DNA of 55,260 nucleotides from a virus (taxonomy: Duplodnaviria > Caudoviricetes), in IMG/VR virus record IMGVR_UViG_3300025191_000002, positions 1 to 55,260 of that record. The stretch is one strand, 5' to 3'. Below, piece by piece: positions 27,383 to 38,900 of the stretch. The stretch's first letter is position 1. The number at the start of each line of letters is the position of its first letter. A program made the position numbers and the translations under genes. The notes under the pieces are model-generated. The model searched no databases. It saw only the letters and a program-made list of their open reading frames with translations, and was not told where the DNA came from.

Positions 27383-27867
27383 AAACTGAAATTTTAATAT
27401 GGGCCTTGAGTGAGCTTGCGGTATCAGAGCCTGAACAAATAGAAACAGGAGTTATAGAAGTTCTAGGCGAAGATGAGCAAGGCAGGGAAGGCAGTTCAGA
27501 ATTTGACATATTCGAGCTAGCAAACGAAGCAGCAAAAAAAATTCAATCACTAATTTCTCAAAATGAAAATTTAAAGGAAAAAATAAAAGACATAGGGTAT
27601 TCCTACCGAAAAGTTGAGAAAGAAAGAGACGAATTAAAAATACTTAAATTTAAGCGGTTTAATGAGGAAGAATGCTGGCTATATAGAGGGGATGGCGAGG
27701 ACTATTTAGATTCATTAGTTTGCCCCGTAGTAATCAGTCCAGAGAGATTAATTACAATCAAGAATATGAGTGCAGAAGGCTTTAAAAATGAGTTAATCAA
27801 AGCGTCAGCAGCTATTACTCACCCTCACATTGAAAGTGTCTACGCAGCATGGGAGAAAAATTTATGA
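27379..27867 (+). CDS. Hypothetical protein
   Basis: Coupled ORF; RFNEEECWLY.GDGED.LDSLVCPVVI motif. Confidence 0.65.
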   Translation: MKTEILIWALSELAVSEPEQIETGVIEVLGEDEQGREGSSEFDIFELANEAAKKIQSLISQNENLKEKIKDIGYSYRKVEKERDELKILKFKRFNEEECWLYRGDGEDYLDSLVCPVVISPERLITIKNMSAEGFKNELIKASAAITHPHIESVYAAWEKNL

Positions 27868-28067
27868 GTTTACCAACAAGCAGATACTTAGCAACAAAAG
27901 ACGTAGCCGCCCTGTTCGGCGTAAGACCAAATACTATTTTGGAATGGGAAAAAGAGGGTAAATTCCCGCCGGCTACAATTGTTGGAAAGCCTAAGCGCTG
28001 GGATGCTCAAGTAGTTGATCAGCATTGCGAAGCGCTTAGGGATCAAGCTAACCGCCTTTCAGCATGA
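27864..28067 (+). CDS. xis: Excisionase (AlpA/MerR-type HTH)
   Basis: YLATKDVAALFGV...TI.EW.KEGKFP.....G..RW; convergent with the integrase. Confidence 0.8.
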   Translation: MSLPTSRYLATKDVAALFGVRPNTILEWEKEGKFPPATIVGKPKRWDAQVVDQHCEALRDQANRLSA

Positions 28068-29247
28068 GAACCCAACGGTTAATCCACTCCGTTAAGCCTT
28101 CGAGCATTGGCGATTTATTGTATATCGCCAATACGCCTTTCATCTTATGCCCTAGCAACTTCTCCGTGAATTGCAAAGGGCATCCCGCATCCGTTAAGTG
28201 CGTTGATATAGTCCGCCTAAAGTCGTGCATCCTAAACGGTCCAACACCTTCAATCGCCTCATAACACGACTTAGATATTTGGCTCACGCTTGAGCTGCTA
28301 GCAGGATGATCACCGCCACGGTTAGGAAACATATAGCTATACGATGGCGATTGCGATTTTATATATTTTAAGTCCTCAATTAACTCGCTTGGTATTGGCC
28401 GAACGATAGAATGCAAAGCGCCCTTTGTATTTTCTCTTTGAGTTGTAAAAAGTTGGTTATCTAAATCAAAATCATCTTTTTTAGCTTTGCATAACTCACT
28501 TATACGACAACCAAACACCATGGCGCAGCGCAGTATCACTTTGTTTCTATCCGTCATGTTTATTTCATCTAAATTGGACCAAATTAACTGGCACTCTTTT
28601 AGTGTTAAATAATGCTCTCGGGAATCATAATCCGTTGCAAAATCGCTTGGCCTTAACGCTTCGAATTGCGTGTTGCTAATAAAGCCCTGGCGAATGCAAA
28701 ACCTAAACACAGATCTGATCTCTATAATGGCATTAAAAGCAAAGCCTTTGCCTCTGCCCTTTTCGATAGATACATCACCCATCGACTTAAAAAACGCGGT
28801 AAAGTGCGTTTTATCCATTAGTGAAATATATTGATTACCCCACGTATCATTTATACATGACACCATACGGCTCTTTATGCCTGCAGGATTATCGCGCTTT
28901 TTTAGGCAATAATTTATATACCAATAATCAATGCAATCTCTGATCGTAGGATTTTCTATTACCTCCGACTCAACCGCGTTGACGGCCTCCATATTCCGAG
29001 GATCTAAGTTTTGATTTACCAGTGCCATTTGCGCCGCACATTCATTACGTGCTTGTGCAAGTGTCATTGCTGGATAGGTTCCTAATTTATATCGAACCTG
29101 CTTACCATTAATTCGATAGCGTATTTGAAATGAGATCTTACCCTTTGGTGAGATCCTTAACGATAGGTTATCGCCGTCCGTTATTTCAGGCTTACCGGCA
29201 TACTCTTTACCGTTCAAGCTCTTTAGTTTGGCTGCTGTAATGTTCAT
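28048..29247 (-). CDS. int: Tyrosine integrase with arm-binding domain (P4-like)
   Basis: DGDNLSLRISPKG...LGTYP.MTLAQAR; GCRISE, HDFRRT, LLGH, Y catalytic motifs; start set at MNIT with GGAGAG RBS. Confidence 0.95.
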   Translation of the reverse strand: MNITAAKLKSLNGKEYAGKPEITDGDNLSLRISPKGKISFQIRYRINGKQVRYKLGTYPAMTLAQARNECAAQMALVNQNLDPRNMEAVNAVESEVIENPTIRDCIDYWYINYCLKKRDNPAGIKSRMVSCINDTWGNQYISLMDKTHFTAFFKSMGDVSIEKGRGKGFAFNAIIEIRSVFRFCIRQGFISNTQFEALRPSDFATDYDSREHYLTLKECQLIWSNLDEINMTDRNKVILRCAMVFGCRISELCKAKKDDFDLDNQLFTTQRENTKGALHSIVRPIPSELIEDLKYIKSQSPSYSYMFPNRGGDHPASSSSVSQISKSCYEAIEGVGPFRMHDFRRTISTHLTDAGCPLQFTEKLLGHKMKGVLAIYNKSPMLEGLTEWINRWVLMLKGG

Positions 29248-29261
29248 TGACTCTCCGACTC

Positions 29262-29577
29262 TGAGTACCAAATGTGACCAAAAATAGAGTCACAAATAAA
29301 ATGGTACACAAGTTAGGACACAAAAGTCACCAATAACAGCATTAAAAGTCAGTGCATAACCGTAGATAGGAGTGTTAACTATACATTTAAGTTATTGTTT
29401 TAGATGAAATAAAGAGGATTAAAGAGGGATAAAAATAAATAGCGGTAGATGACTAGAGGCAATGAATCATTAAGTTTAATAGCTTGCCCGTATCTGAACC
29501 AAATTCATGTTTTTCAATGTTTTTTTCTTGTGTCATGGTCTTGCCTTTTTCCGTTTTGGTACACAAATTGGTACTCA
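29262..29577. mobile_element. attP region: arm-type repeats and IHF-like site
   Basis: TGAGTACCAA (29262) is inverted at 29568-29577; TGGTACACAA is direct at 29302 and 29557; TAAGTTATTGTTT at 29388 is IHF-like; adjacent to int. Confidence 0.75.
29453..29536 (-). other. Phage-borne 5' fragment resembling htpG (Hsp90) N-terminus inside attP
   Basis: MTQEKNIEKHEFGSDTGKLLNLMIHCL*; compare HtpG consensus E...F..E..QLL.LMIHSLYSN. Confidence 0.7.
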
Positions 29578-29620
29578 TTTAGATTTTACAACGAATGTTA
29601 TTCAACTAACATGGACTAGA

Positions 29621-29651
29621 ATATTGTGATTTAAGAAGTGTAATTCAAGGG
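29621..29651 (-). promoter_or_regulatory. Sigma32-like promoter upstream of the htpG-like fragment
   Basis: CCCTTGAAT-14 nt-CACAATAT versus consensus CTTGAAA-N14-CCCCATNT. Confidence 0.45.
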
Positions 29652-29731
29652 CTGGGCGGCAAATTTCTCGTAGACTTAACGATCAACCTACTATAGCTTA
29701 ATTACGCAATATTAATACAGGCAATTTTAAA

Positions 29732-29944
29732 ATGCACATATTGGCAATGTTAGCAGGTATGATCATAGGATTATCAATTGGCACCCATGTAACCTGGTTG
29801 CTAGGAATGCCTATCATGTTACTTAGTTTGCTTTGCTTAAATATTGGCTCAGCGGCATGGCGTGAAAGACAAGAAGCCTTCGCATTGTTTTTTGGCTTAT
29901 GCTGTGGCGCGTTTATTTTTGTCTATAATATTATTGTTGGTTGA
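29732..29944 (+). CDS. Small hydrophobic membrane protein (moron)
   Basis: Almost wholly hydrophobic, 70 aa, opposite strand to late genes, followed by a terminator. Confidence 0.65.
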   Translation: MHILAMLAGMIIGLSIGTHVTWLLGMPIMLLSLLCLNIGSAAWRERQEAFALFFGLCCGAFIFVYNIIVG

Positions 29945-29960
29945 TGACTCGATACTCTGT

Positions 29961-29991
29961 TAAAAGCCCGCTTTATAGCGGGCTTTTTATT
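29961..29991. terminator. Bidirectional terminator
   Basis: TAAAAGCCCGCTTTATAGCGGGCTTTTTA between convergent genes. Confidence 0.85.
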
Positions 29992-29992
29992 T

Positions 29993-32900
29993 CTACCACT
30001 CGCCTAAGTTTAAAGCGACATACGCCTTATGATAAATCGCATTTATCTTGCGCTGTATCTCGTCCAGTTTTGCACGCTTCTTAGCGGCGCTTAATTTATC
30101 ATTGTCATTAATCGCTTTTTGCACCTTCCTTAATTTAGAAACCATGCGCTGTACTTTTGCAAGCGTGGCTTTAGAGCGTAACTTTTTACCGTCCTTTTCT
30201 ATAAGCTCTTGCTGCCTTGCCGTATCGCCAAGCTCCATTGCACGCTTATAACTTCCGTAAGCCTGGTTGGCCGCGTCTAATGCTTCATAAAAATCATTAG
30301 CAAACTTGGTATTAGTTTTTGGCCCACTTCCTTGATAAAACGCTTTTACAACTGGGTATCGACTAACCGGTGTTTCTGGTGCCACCTTGCCTGTTATCAT
30401 GCGCGCCACAATATCACTTGCACCTAATACGTAGCCGCCAATCGTGCCAGTGTAACCTTTAACTAAATGTTCAACTTTCTTAGGCGATACACCAAACTGT
30501 TGAGCAATCGCTTTGGCCGTGTCACTTGTGTAAGCGTTGTAGCGGTCCTCTGCTTGCTTATTCTGATCGGCCATCCCTTCAATTGGTGCCTGTTTAAAGA
30601 ATGACTTGTTAATCATAACTTCCGCTGCAGGTAACACCATTTGTGGAATAGGGTTCAATGCCATTGTATTAAATACTGCGTTGGCAACTGCTTTACCTAA
30701 GTCCTTATCTGTTTGCGTTCCCGTTCCGTAATGGAATAGTCGCTCTGGCATGGTGCCAAAAACAATACCGAGCTCAAACGGTTTAGGTATTCTTATATGC
30801 TCACCATATGCGAAAATATGCCAGTTCATATCCTTATCCCAATCGGGCAATTGCTGGTATTCTTCATCGTCATCATTAGCCCAAGCCAATGCCAGGCTAA
30901 ACGCTGCGACTTTAACACCTTTCATTGCTAGGTTTGCACTCAGCACGCGCAATACCCTATCGTCATTACTGGCTTTAGCTGCCCTAACAAGTTTGCTCAT
31001 GCCCTGTAAACGTGCGTTAAAGAATGGCAGCATATCTATCATAGTGCCGATTAACGCAAAGTTACCTTTTAAGCTGTAGTCCATTAAATCCTTTGCTTCG
31101 TATGCTGCTTGGCGCTTGCTTTTGCCTGCTGCTATAGCTGCCTCATAGGTACTTAATCGGTTGGCATTTTCAAATTTGTCACTAATGCCGCGATACTTTT
31201 CTAATAAAGTAGCGCCGCTGGTTACAATAGTAGCCATGTAACCCTCAACCTCTTTACTGGTCAATCCTTTGGCTCTCAGTGCTCGGCGCATTTGTTGTGC
31301 GCCTGCTTCTGGATCGGCACCGTGAATATAACCACCTTGGAACGCTGCGCCACTAAATATTAAGTTGCGGTACGATTCATCCTCTTTGAATGCTTTTTTA
31401 AGTCCTTTTGCGCTATCTGAGCCAAATGTAAAACCGTCCTTGTTGATCATCCAGGCTTGCGCCGCATCACGTACAAAGTTTTTAAATATAAAGTCTGGTG
31501 ACAATGTAATGCCGGCTGTTAAAAAGCGTTTTGCGCTCCGTCCTATTTTGTTAAACAAGCTGCGACTGCCAATGTCATTAACTTGAATCAATGCTCTTAA
31601 TAGTGCTGGATCGCTAACAACATAAGCTTGTGGCTTACCGTTAACCATCACCTTAACTTTACCAAGCTTGTTTAAATCTTGTTGGCTTAGGCTAGCTATA
31701 TCTTCGCTTGTTTCTGATTTTAAATAATCAGTGCCATCAAGGTTATTAACAACCTCTTGCATTGCTTTATTCTTTAATGACGCATCAATTAGCGTGCTTT
31801 GTCTCGCTATAATATTCTCTAGCAAGTCCTTGGTTGATTGCGTACCGCCTTTAAGCTTTTTGATTTGTGCTGACTGACCTGATATACCTTTGCGCGTGTG
31901 CGGCTCTACTATCATGCGCTTTATATCGTCCATTTCTGGATCTGTTTCACCCATATCACGGAAAAACGGCACGTAGTATTCCTCGTCAAACCCTGCGCGT
32001 TGCGCGCTGCTTAATAGGCCTGCTTGCTGGGCCATATCAAGAATAGCTGAGTTTATCTTGTTGTACTCAAGTCTGGTTTGCTCGAACAAGCGCTCTTTAC
32101 CATTGGCTAAAGCTTTAAGCTCGGCAATATCAGCATCACTTAAATTGTTCTCTTTACCCTGGGCTTTTAACTGCTCTGCTCTGTGCGCGCCCATCCATGC
32201 AAGCCAGTTGTTAAGATCATCTCCAACCATGCCAAACACTTCTAGTAAGCCTTTGGTGCCTTCTTTGCGCTGCACTATTCCATCGCGCCATTGCGGAGCG
32301 CCATAGTTAAATACGCCGTGTAGTACATCGGCCAAGCCGGATGCAAGGCGCGCACTAACATAGCCCTGCCTGTTTGGGTCGGTTACGCCGGCGGCTATTT
32401 CTGCGTTTTTAATACCTGATAGGCCGTCAAATATTCCTTCGTTTAATCGGTTCCAAAATGGCGAGCTCTTTAACGTATCAATGGTTTCGTTTACTTTGTC
32501 TTTAGCCATATCTGAAAAAGTTTTCGCTGCTTGTTCTTCAAGTCCAAGCTTTTGTTTAGCTGTGCGGGTATCTTCTTCGGCTGTTCGACTAAACTTAAAT
32601 GGCTCTGTGCTCCCTGATAGTTTATGAGCTTCATAATCGCTGATACCGTCCCTCTCAAGATACCCGATAATGTCATCTTTAAGTTGAGGCGATAAATCAG
32701 AGAAGTCGTTGTTGTAAAAGTTATTTGATTTAACGTCAAGCTCTGCTGAAACAGGGCTTATATCTCTAACCGTTAAGCCATTTTTAACAACTTGTTTTTC
32801 AAGTGGAGAATAGTCTGCCGTTAATGATTTTATAGCCTGCTTAGCAGTGTAAGAGTCCGTCCCCTTCCAAAAGCCGTTAGAATCAAGCTGATTTAATACG

Positions 32901-35900
32901 GACTCAATATCTGACTGACCGAAGTTATCTATATTATCTATAACCCAGCTAATAGGCTTTTTAACTTTTTCAATGTTAATTGGCTTATTAATCTCGCCAT
33001 TAAAGCCGGTATCGCCGGTATCGCCGCCTGTTGTTCGGCTAAGTTTTTTGCCCGATTGACTGTAAGCTAAATTGCTTTCCTTTTGGCCTGCAGGATCACG
33101 TTGCGCCTTAAAGCCTTTCACTATACTTTCAAGCATTTCACGCATTGCTGTCAACTCGTCATCTTCACGATAAACAATACCAAGCTTATCTAGCTGCTTA
33201 CGTATAAAGCGTTTTAACGCGTTCCACCAATATTTAACTTCGCCTTTGCTTGGCTCATTTTCTACAAAACGAGCAAAAATTTCCTCTGCTTTTACATCAT
33301 CGTTCATATCCCAATAGTCGTTATTAGCATCTTTCCAATACTGCTCAAACGCTTTGCGGCCTTTGGTCTTTTTAATGCGATCAATAAACGCTTGTTTTGC
33401 TTCTTTACCAATAACGGTATCAAGTCCACCATGCGCGATAGTTTCATGTGCTAGCGTTTGTTTTAAGTCTGTTTCGCTATCAATGTTTTCAGCAATAACA
33501 TAAACAGTATTGGACATTTCGCTATAGGCACCCTTAACAGTTGCGCCGTCAAGGCTCATGCGCCACATTTTTTCTGCTTCGGCAGTGGTGGATAATATGC
33601 GCACCTTAATCCCATTAGCGCCGTTCAAGCTCTCGATAAAGTCATCAGCAATTGTTTGCGCTTGCTTCGCATTAACGCCTTTTGCATTTTGCTTAACTTT
33701 AGATTTTGAAAACTTAATATCATTGTCGCCGCTAATTACGCTCTTAGCTTGCGCATTAAATTGTGTCATATCATCCAAGTTGCTAAACATGAATTTTTGA
33801 CCGCGAGCCCAGCCGCCAAACTCTTTAGCAAGCTCTTTTAGTGCTGAGTAAACTTCACGCTCTTGGCGGTTTTTCATTTCAGTTACTAAAAACTCTTTGC
33901 CGCGCTTGGTGGTGTACGTTTCACCGGTGGCTTCAAAGTGTTCGTTGCTTTGCTGGCCTTCTACACGCACTTTTTTCTTTGGAGGGCTGAAATTAAATTC
34001 AATGCCGCTCTCTTTTGCTTCTTCAATAGTTTGCGCAATGAAGTTTGCAAAGTCTTGTCTAGCCTCGTCATTATCAAGCGTATAAACTTGCTCGTCACGC
34101 GTAGCAATAGCGCCAAACTCACTAGTAGCCTCTTTATCTATAACGCTTTTAACATCAGTAGGAAGGAAACCGTATAGCTGTACTTTAAATACAGATTCGC
34201 CTTTACGGTTGGTTGTAGGCTCGCTTGATGCGTCCATGTACTGATCAATATCATACACTTTTGCCGTAGGCTGGTTGCGTTGCTTTAGTTCAACATCTTT
34301 TATGCGCTCGAATAGTTCATTAATATCTTTTGCGCCGGTAAAGCTAATACGCTGCATGGCTGGCGCGTCTGCTTCATTGTCAAAGCGGTCTAGCACTATT
34401 ATTTTAGTTTTTACGCCTGTGCCAGCGCGATCAAACACGCCTGCTGGTAAATCAATTTCAGCCGCTTGATATATATTCGTTAACTTTTCATCCGTTAATA
34501 GCGCATCTAAACGCTTGTTTGCTGCTGGCCCGTCCGGCACTAAAGCAACTATACGGCCACCGTTTACAAGGTGGGTAATTGCTTTTCTAATGTGGTCATA
34601 AGCAAGCTTGCCGCCTTTACCAAATGGCGGGTTCATAGGGATGCCTTCAAACTTATTGATCACGTTTAAATCTTCAAACGGTATGTTATCCACTTCGCCG
34701 GGGAAGTTCATTTGAGCTAGCGATGTAAGTTTAAAGCTTTTCTCTGTTGCTTTATTTCTCGTTGTGCCAGGGAACCAGCGACCAATAGCGGCATGGCCCA
34801 CACTAGGCTCAAGCAGTCTATTACCCGGTGAAGGCTGTAACCATTCAACCATTTTTTTACCTAACGGTTCAGGCGTAGCAAAATAATCATCACCTTCTGC
34901 GCTCTTGGTGCCGGCATTTCGTTTTAGGTTTGCATAATAAAAAGACTTAGCACGATCCCAATCATTTATTTCTGTTGGTCTGTCTGAAACCTTACCGCCT
35001 TTGCCTATATCTTCTTTAACTGGAAGGTACGCAGCATCTAAATAGCCCTCACTAATGCTTTCTTTTAAGCTTCTAGCAAACTCACCCATAGCTAAGTTTT
35101 CTGCGGTGCTGGCGCGACCAGCTATTTTGCTAGCAAAAATGTTTCTCTCAAAAGCAGTGCCGGTTGTAAGGTTTTCAAATTGTGCGTCTGTTTTTACACC
35201 TACACGATAAATACGGCCTTCTATCTGTATAAATTGCGTTGGCTTAACTGGCATACCTATGTTTATTAATACACGCTGTTTGCCGCCAGTTATATCGTGC
35301 AAGCTAATGCCGGCCTCGCCTGCCTCTTGTTGCACAACGATAATATCAACACCGCTATTATCTTTATTAAACAGGTCTTTCGCCTCTTTACGCGCTTTAT
35401 CTGGCACATTGCCATTGTAAAACCTTACTGAGTTACCAAATTCATCAGCAAACAAGTCAAGCGGACGAGCCAACACGCCAAAGTCTATATTGGTCATGCC
35501 TGGGAACTCTGATTCAAATTGCGCCATTAATTCAGGTTTAAGCTGTCTAACCTTTTCTATTGGGTCAAACGAACCACCAACGTTATAAGAATGGAAAAGC
35601 ACAACCTTTCGGCCTTTCTTTACATGCTCTTTAACTCGGTTTACAGCTTCTTCGGCTTTTATTGCTTCTGTTAGTTTTATTTTTTGTGTGTAGTCGAACG
35701 TTTTATTAAGAATATCGGCCAACTCTGAATAAGGTCGCTCGCTTGTTTCGCCTTCGGCTTCACCATCTACTGAGTGATCGCGCCACTTCTCGATTAAATC
35801 ATCTAACTTTTCGCCGGCGGCGGTCTCTACCTTTATAAAGTCTCGGCGGTAGTCTGCTTCTACTTCAAGCGTTCGGCCACCAAGCACGCCTTTTTCCTTC

Positions 35901-38900
35901 ATGGCCTCATGGAATTGACGCTCCATAAGGCTTTGATCTACGTCCGCGCCTGGCGTGTTTAATTTGTGGTATCTCCAACGATACCCAAAATTTTGAATGT
36001 AAAACGCATTTCGACCAGTAAAGGCGTTATCATAACCACCCTCAAACTTGTCGCCATAATCTGTGTAGTTAAATAAATAACCTTCGGCATAGTCTAGGTT
36101 TTTAACATAAGGGAACGGTGTAGCGGACAGGAATAACACTTTGCTATCGGTTGGGCCTTCCTCTTTGAATTTAGAGGCGAGCGATTTTATTTTGTCGTGC
36201 AGCTTTGTTAGGTCTTTTTGATAAAACGATTTCGCCTCTGCAAGTGCTTTTGGCTTTGCCTCTCCATCGGCCTCAAAACGCTTGGCCTTTGCTTTTATTT
36301 TCTTGTCTAACGCTTCGATTTCATCGGTTAAATAAGCCTTAGCTCGTCTATTTGATCCCGCCTCATGGTTTGTTAGTGCTCTCAAGCTATCTAGCGCATT
36401 GGTTACTTTAGCTTGCTGGCTACCCATAAGGTTTTGAGATTCATCGGCAATAATAATATCAAACGCCTTACGGTCTCTGATTAATCGGTCATTACTGCCT
36501 AGTGTCGCGTAAGTTGTAATGGTAATGCCTCGGCCAGCATCTTTAGCTTTTGCTCCACCATCTGAGCCAATTAAATAAACGTCTAAACCAAAGTGCTCTT
36601 TTGCTGCTTGAATCCATTGCTGAGCTATGCCGTCATTAGGAACCGCAACAAGCGCGTTAGTTTTGCCGGTTTGCTCAAAGCGTTTTAGCACGCCTAGGCC
36701 AACAAAGGTTTTACCTGTGCCTGTACCGTTTGTGTTTTGGTATCCGGTGCCAGGGTTTTCGGCGCCAAAAAACCTGTTTTCTATTTTAGCAATGTCGCCT
36801 GCTTGCTCGGGCATAAGTACAGGCACACTTTTTAATATGTCTGACTCATTGCCCCACTGAGCGTTATGCGATTTTTTAGCGGCTGTTTGCTCTGCCTGTA
36901 GATCAGTTGCTAACCGTTCAGTAGCTTCGTTAGTTGCTGTTGCTGGTCCATGTTCAGCCTGTGCTCTAGCGTCATTGTCGCTATTGCTTCGTCCATCGTT
37001 TCCGGCACTGCCAGTATTTGCAGTTCCCTTAACATTCCCTGATTCGTTAAATAAGTCGTCAACGCCTCTCTCTCCAAGTAAGGTACCATCATTTGCTGAT
37101 AGGCTAGGCTCACTGTCGGATCGTTGCTCTTGTTTAGTATCTGACTTTGACGGTCCATTGCTTTGTTTAGATCCGTTTGATTCATCATCATTAATGTTTT
37201 CAGGTTTTGATTTTTGATCGGTGCCTTGGCTATTTTGTTCCAAGTTTTCGCCGGTAGTTGGTACATTGCTTTCACTCTCTATAGTGCTTATGTCAAACTT
37301 GCGCACACTTCTAGGCAAGTCCATTGAGTCGGCTGTGCTTTCGTCAATATTATAACGTTCAGGGTTTGCACTCATTGCACCGTAAGCCTCTTTTAAAAAT
37401 GGCTTAACGTCCTCGTCCTTAATGCCCACTGCTCGTGTAGTATTTAATACATCGCGAGCCCATTGCGCAAATTTTACTGCGCCCTCGGCAATAGATAGCG
37501 CGCCAACTTCGGCAACTGCTACCATTACTTCTGGATCAATGCCGCTGTTAAACTGGCCCTTGCGCGAGTTAATCAGCTTTTTAAGTCGCTCTGCTGCTTC
37601 GCGCTTCTTATCGCTAATTGCGTTCGCTGCATTGTCTAGCTTGCTTTGCGGCTTAGGCTTATCTGAACTATCTGGAAATTCAGGATTGTTGGATTGCGTT
37701 GTAGGCTCTTGGTCAAATAGAGGCGGCTCACTATCTCCAAACATATCAGGGCCATTGTCTTGCTCTATGCTTTCTGGTTCGGCTTCTGTTTCTGTAATAG
37801 GTGCGGTACTAGGTGCGGACTTTCCATCTTTAGGTGCGGATATTGAATCGCGTATTTGCTGGACCATTGAAGGATTGGTGTGCCAACTATCCCACGCTTT
37901 AACTTCGTTTGCCAGCTCGTTTGTTCGCTCTTTCAATGCTTTAGGGTCTTTTACATTAACGCCCTCTGCGGCTGCTATTTCTGGCTTGTTGGCCGCGCCA
38001 CGGATAGCAGACAAACGGTTTCTAATTTCGCGCTGCTTTGTCGCGGCCACTTTCGCCATTTGCTCAGCTTCTTGCATAGCTGAGTCATCAAAGCCAAATA
38101 AGTCGCCGCTCTGTCCGCCTTGGCCTTGATTAGCATCTAATGCCGATACGGCGTGAATTAAGTTTTTAGCAAACGTAATTGAACGCTGATCATCGGCAAT
38201 TGATTTAATGCCTAATACTTGTAAACGCTCATTGCCTGGTGCAGCATCGGCTATTGCTTCGGCTGCTTGGGCGCTGATCCGCCCTGTCCTCTGTGCTTCA
38301 ATTGTTTCATTAGTCGCACTATTTGCGATTTTGAATGCTGTTCGCCCTGTTGCTCTATCGAGTAACCCATATTGTTTTGCTTCTGACTCGGTGATCCCGT
38401 CTTGCTTAAAGAGTTCGACATAATCTTCTACCTGCCCTTTATCTTCTCGAATGTTTAATATTGCGTCCAAGCGCTTACCATCGTCTGCGGTAAAGCCGTC
38501 TGACTCATAGTGATACTGCGCCGGTATGTTTTCAACACCATCACGTTTGGCTAAATCAAAACGGTGACGGCCTGTTATTATTTCTTTATTGCCATTATTG
38601 CGCACCCATACTTGAACCGGTGACATACCCACTGGATCAAACTTACCTGTTAGTGGCTCGACAACACCGTCAGTATTTGAGCCCGACTTAAATTGCGGTA
38701 TATCTTTAGATAATGATAGTTCACTTACTGGCGTGTCGATAACTTGAACGCCGTTAACCTTATCATTAACAGCAATGTTTTTATCATCTTCATCTTTACC
38801 TGGTGCCGCGTCAACGTTTAACGATAACGCTTCACCTTCTTGTTGGGCTGGCTGCGCTTGATCACCCTGTTCATTTTGCGCAACTGTATCAGACTCAGGA

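Noticed and set aside
29272-29730. tRNA/tmRNA fragment as att core
   Set aside because: No T-arm (GTTCGA/GTTCAA..CC) or CCA-end pattern seen; the htpG-like reading frame explains the region better.
37422-38129. 235-aa plus-strand ORF and other antisense ORFs (e.g. 46699-47325, 45337-45807, 759-1178)
   Set aside because: Shadow frames of long minus-strand genes; Ser/Leu-rich with no recognisable motifs.
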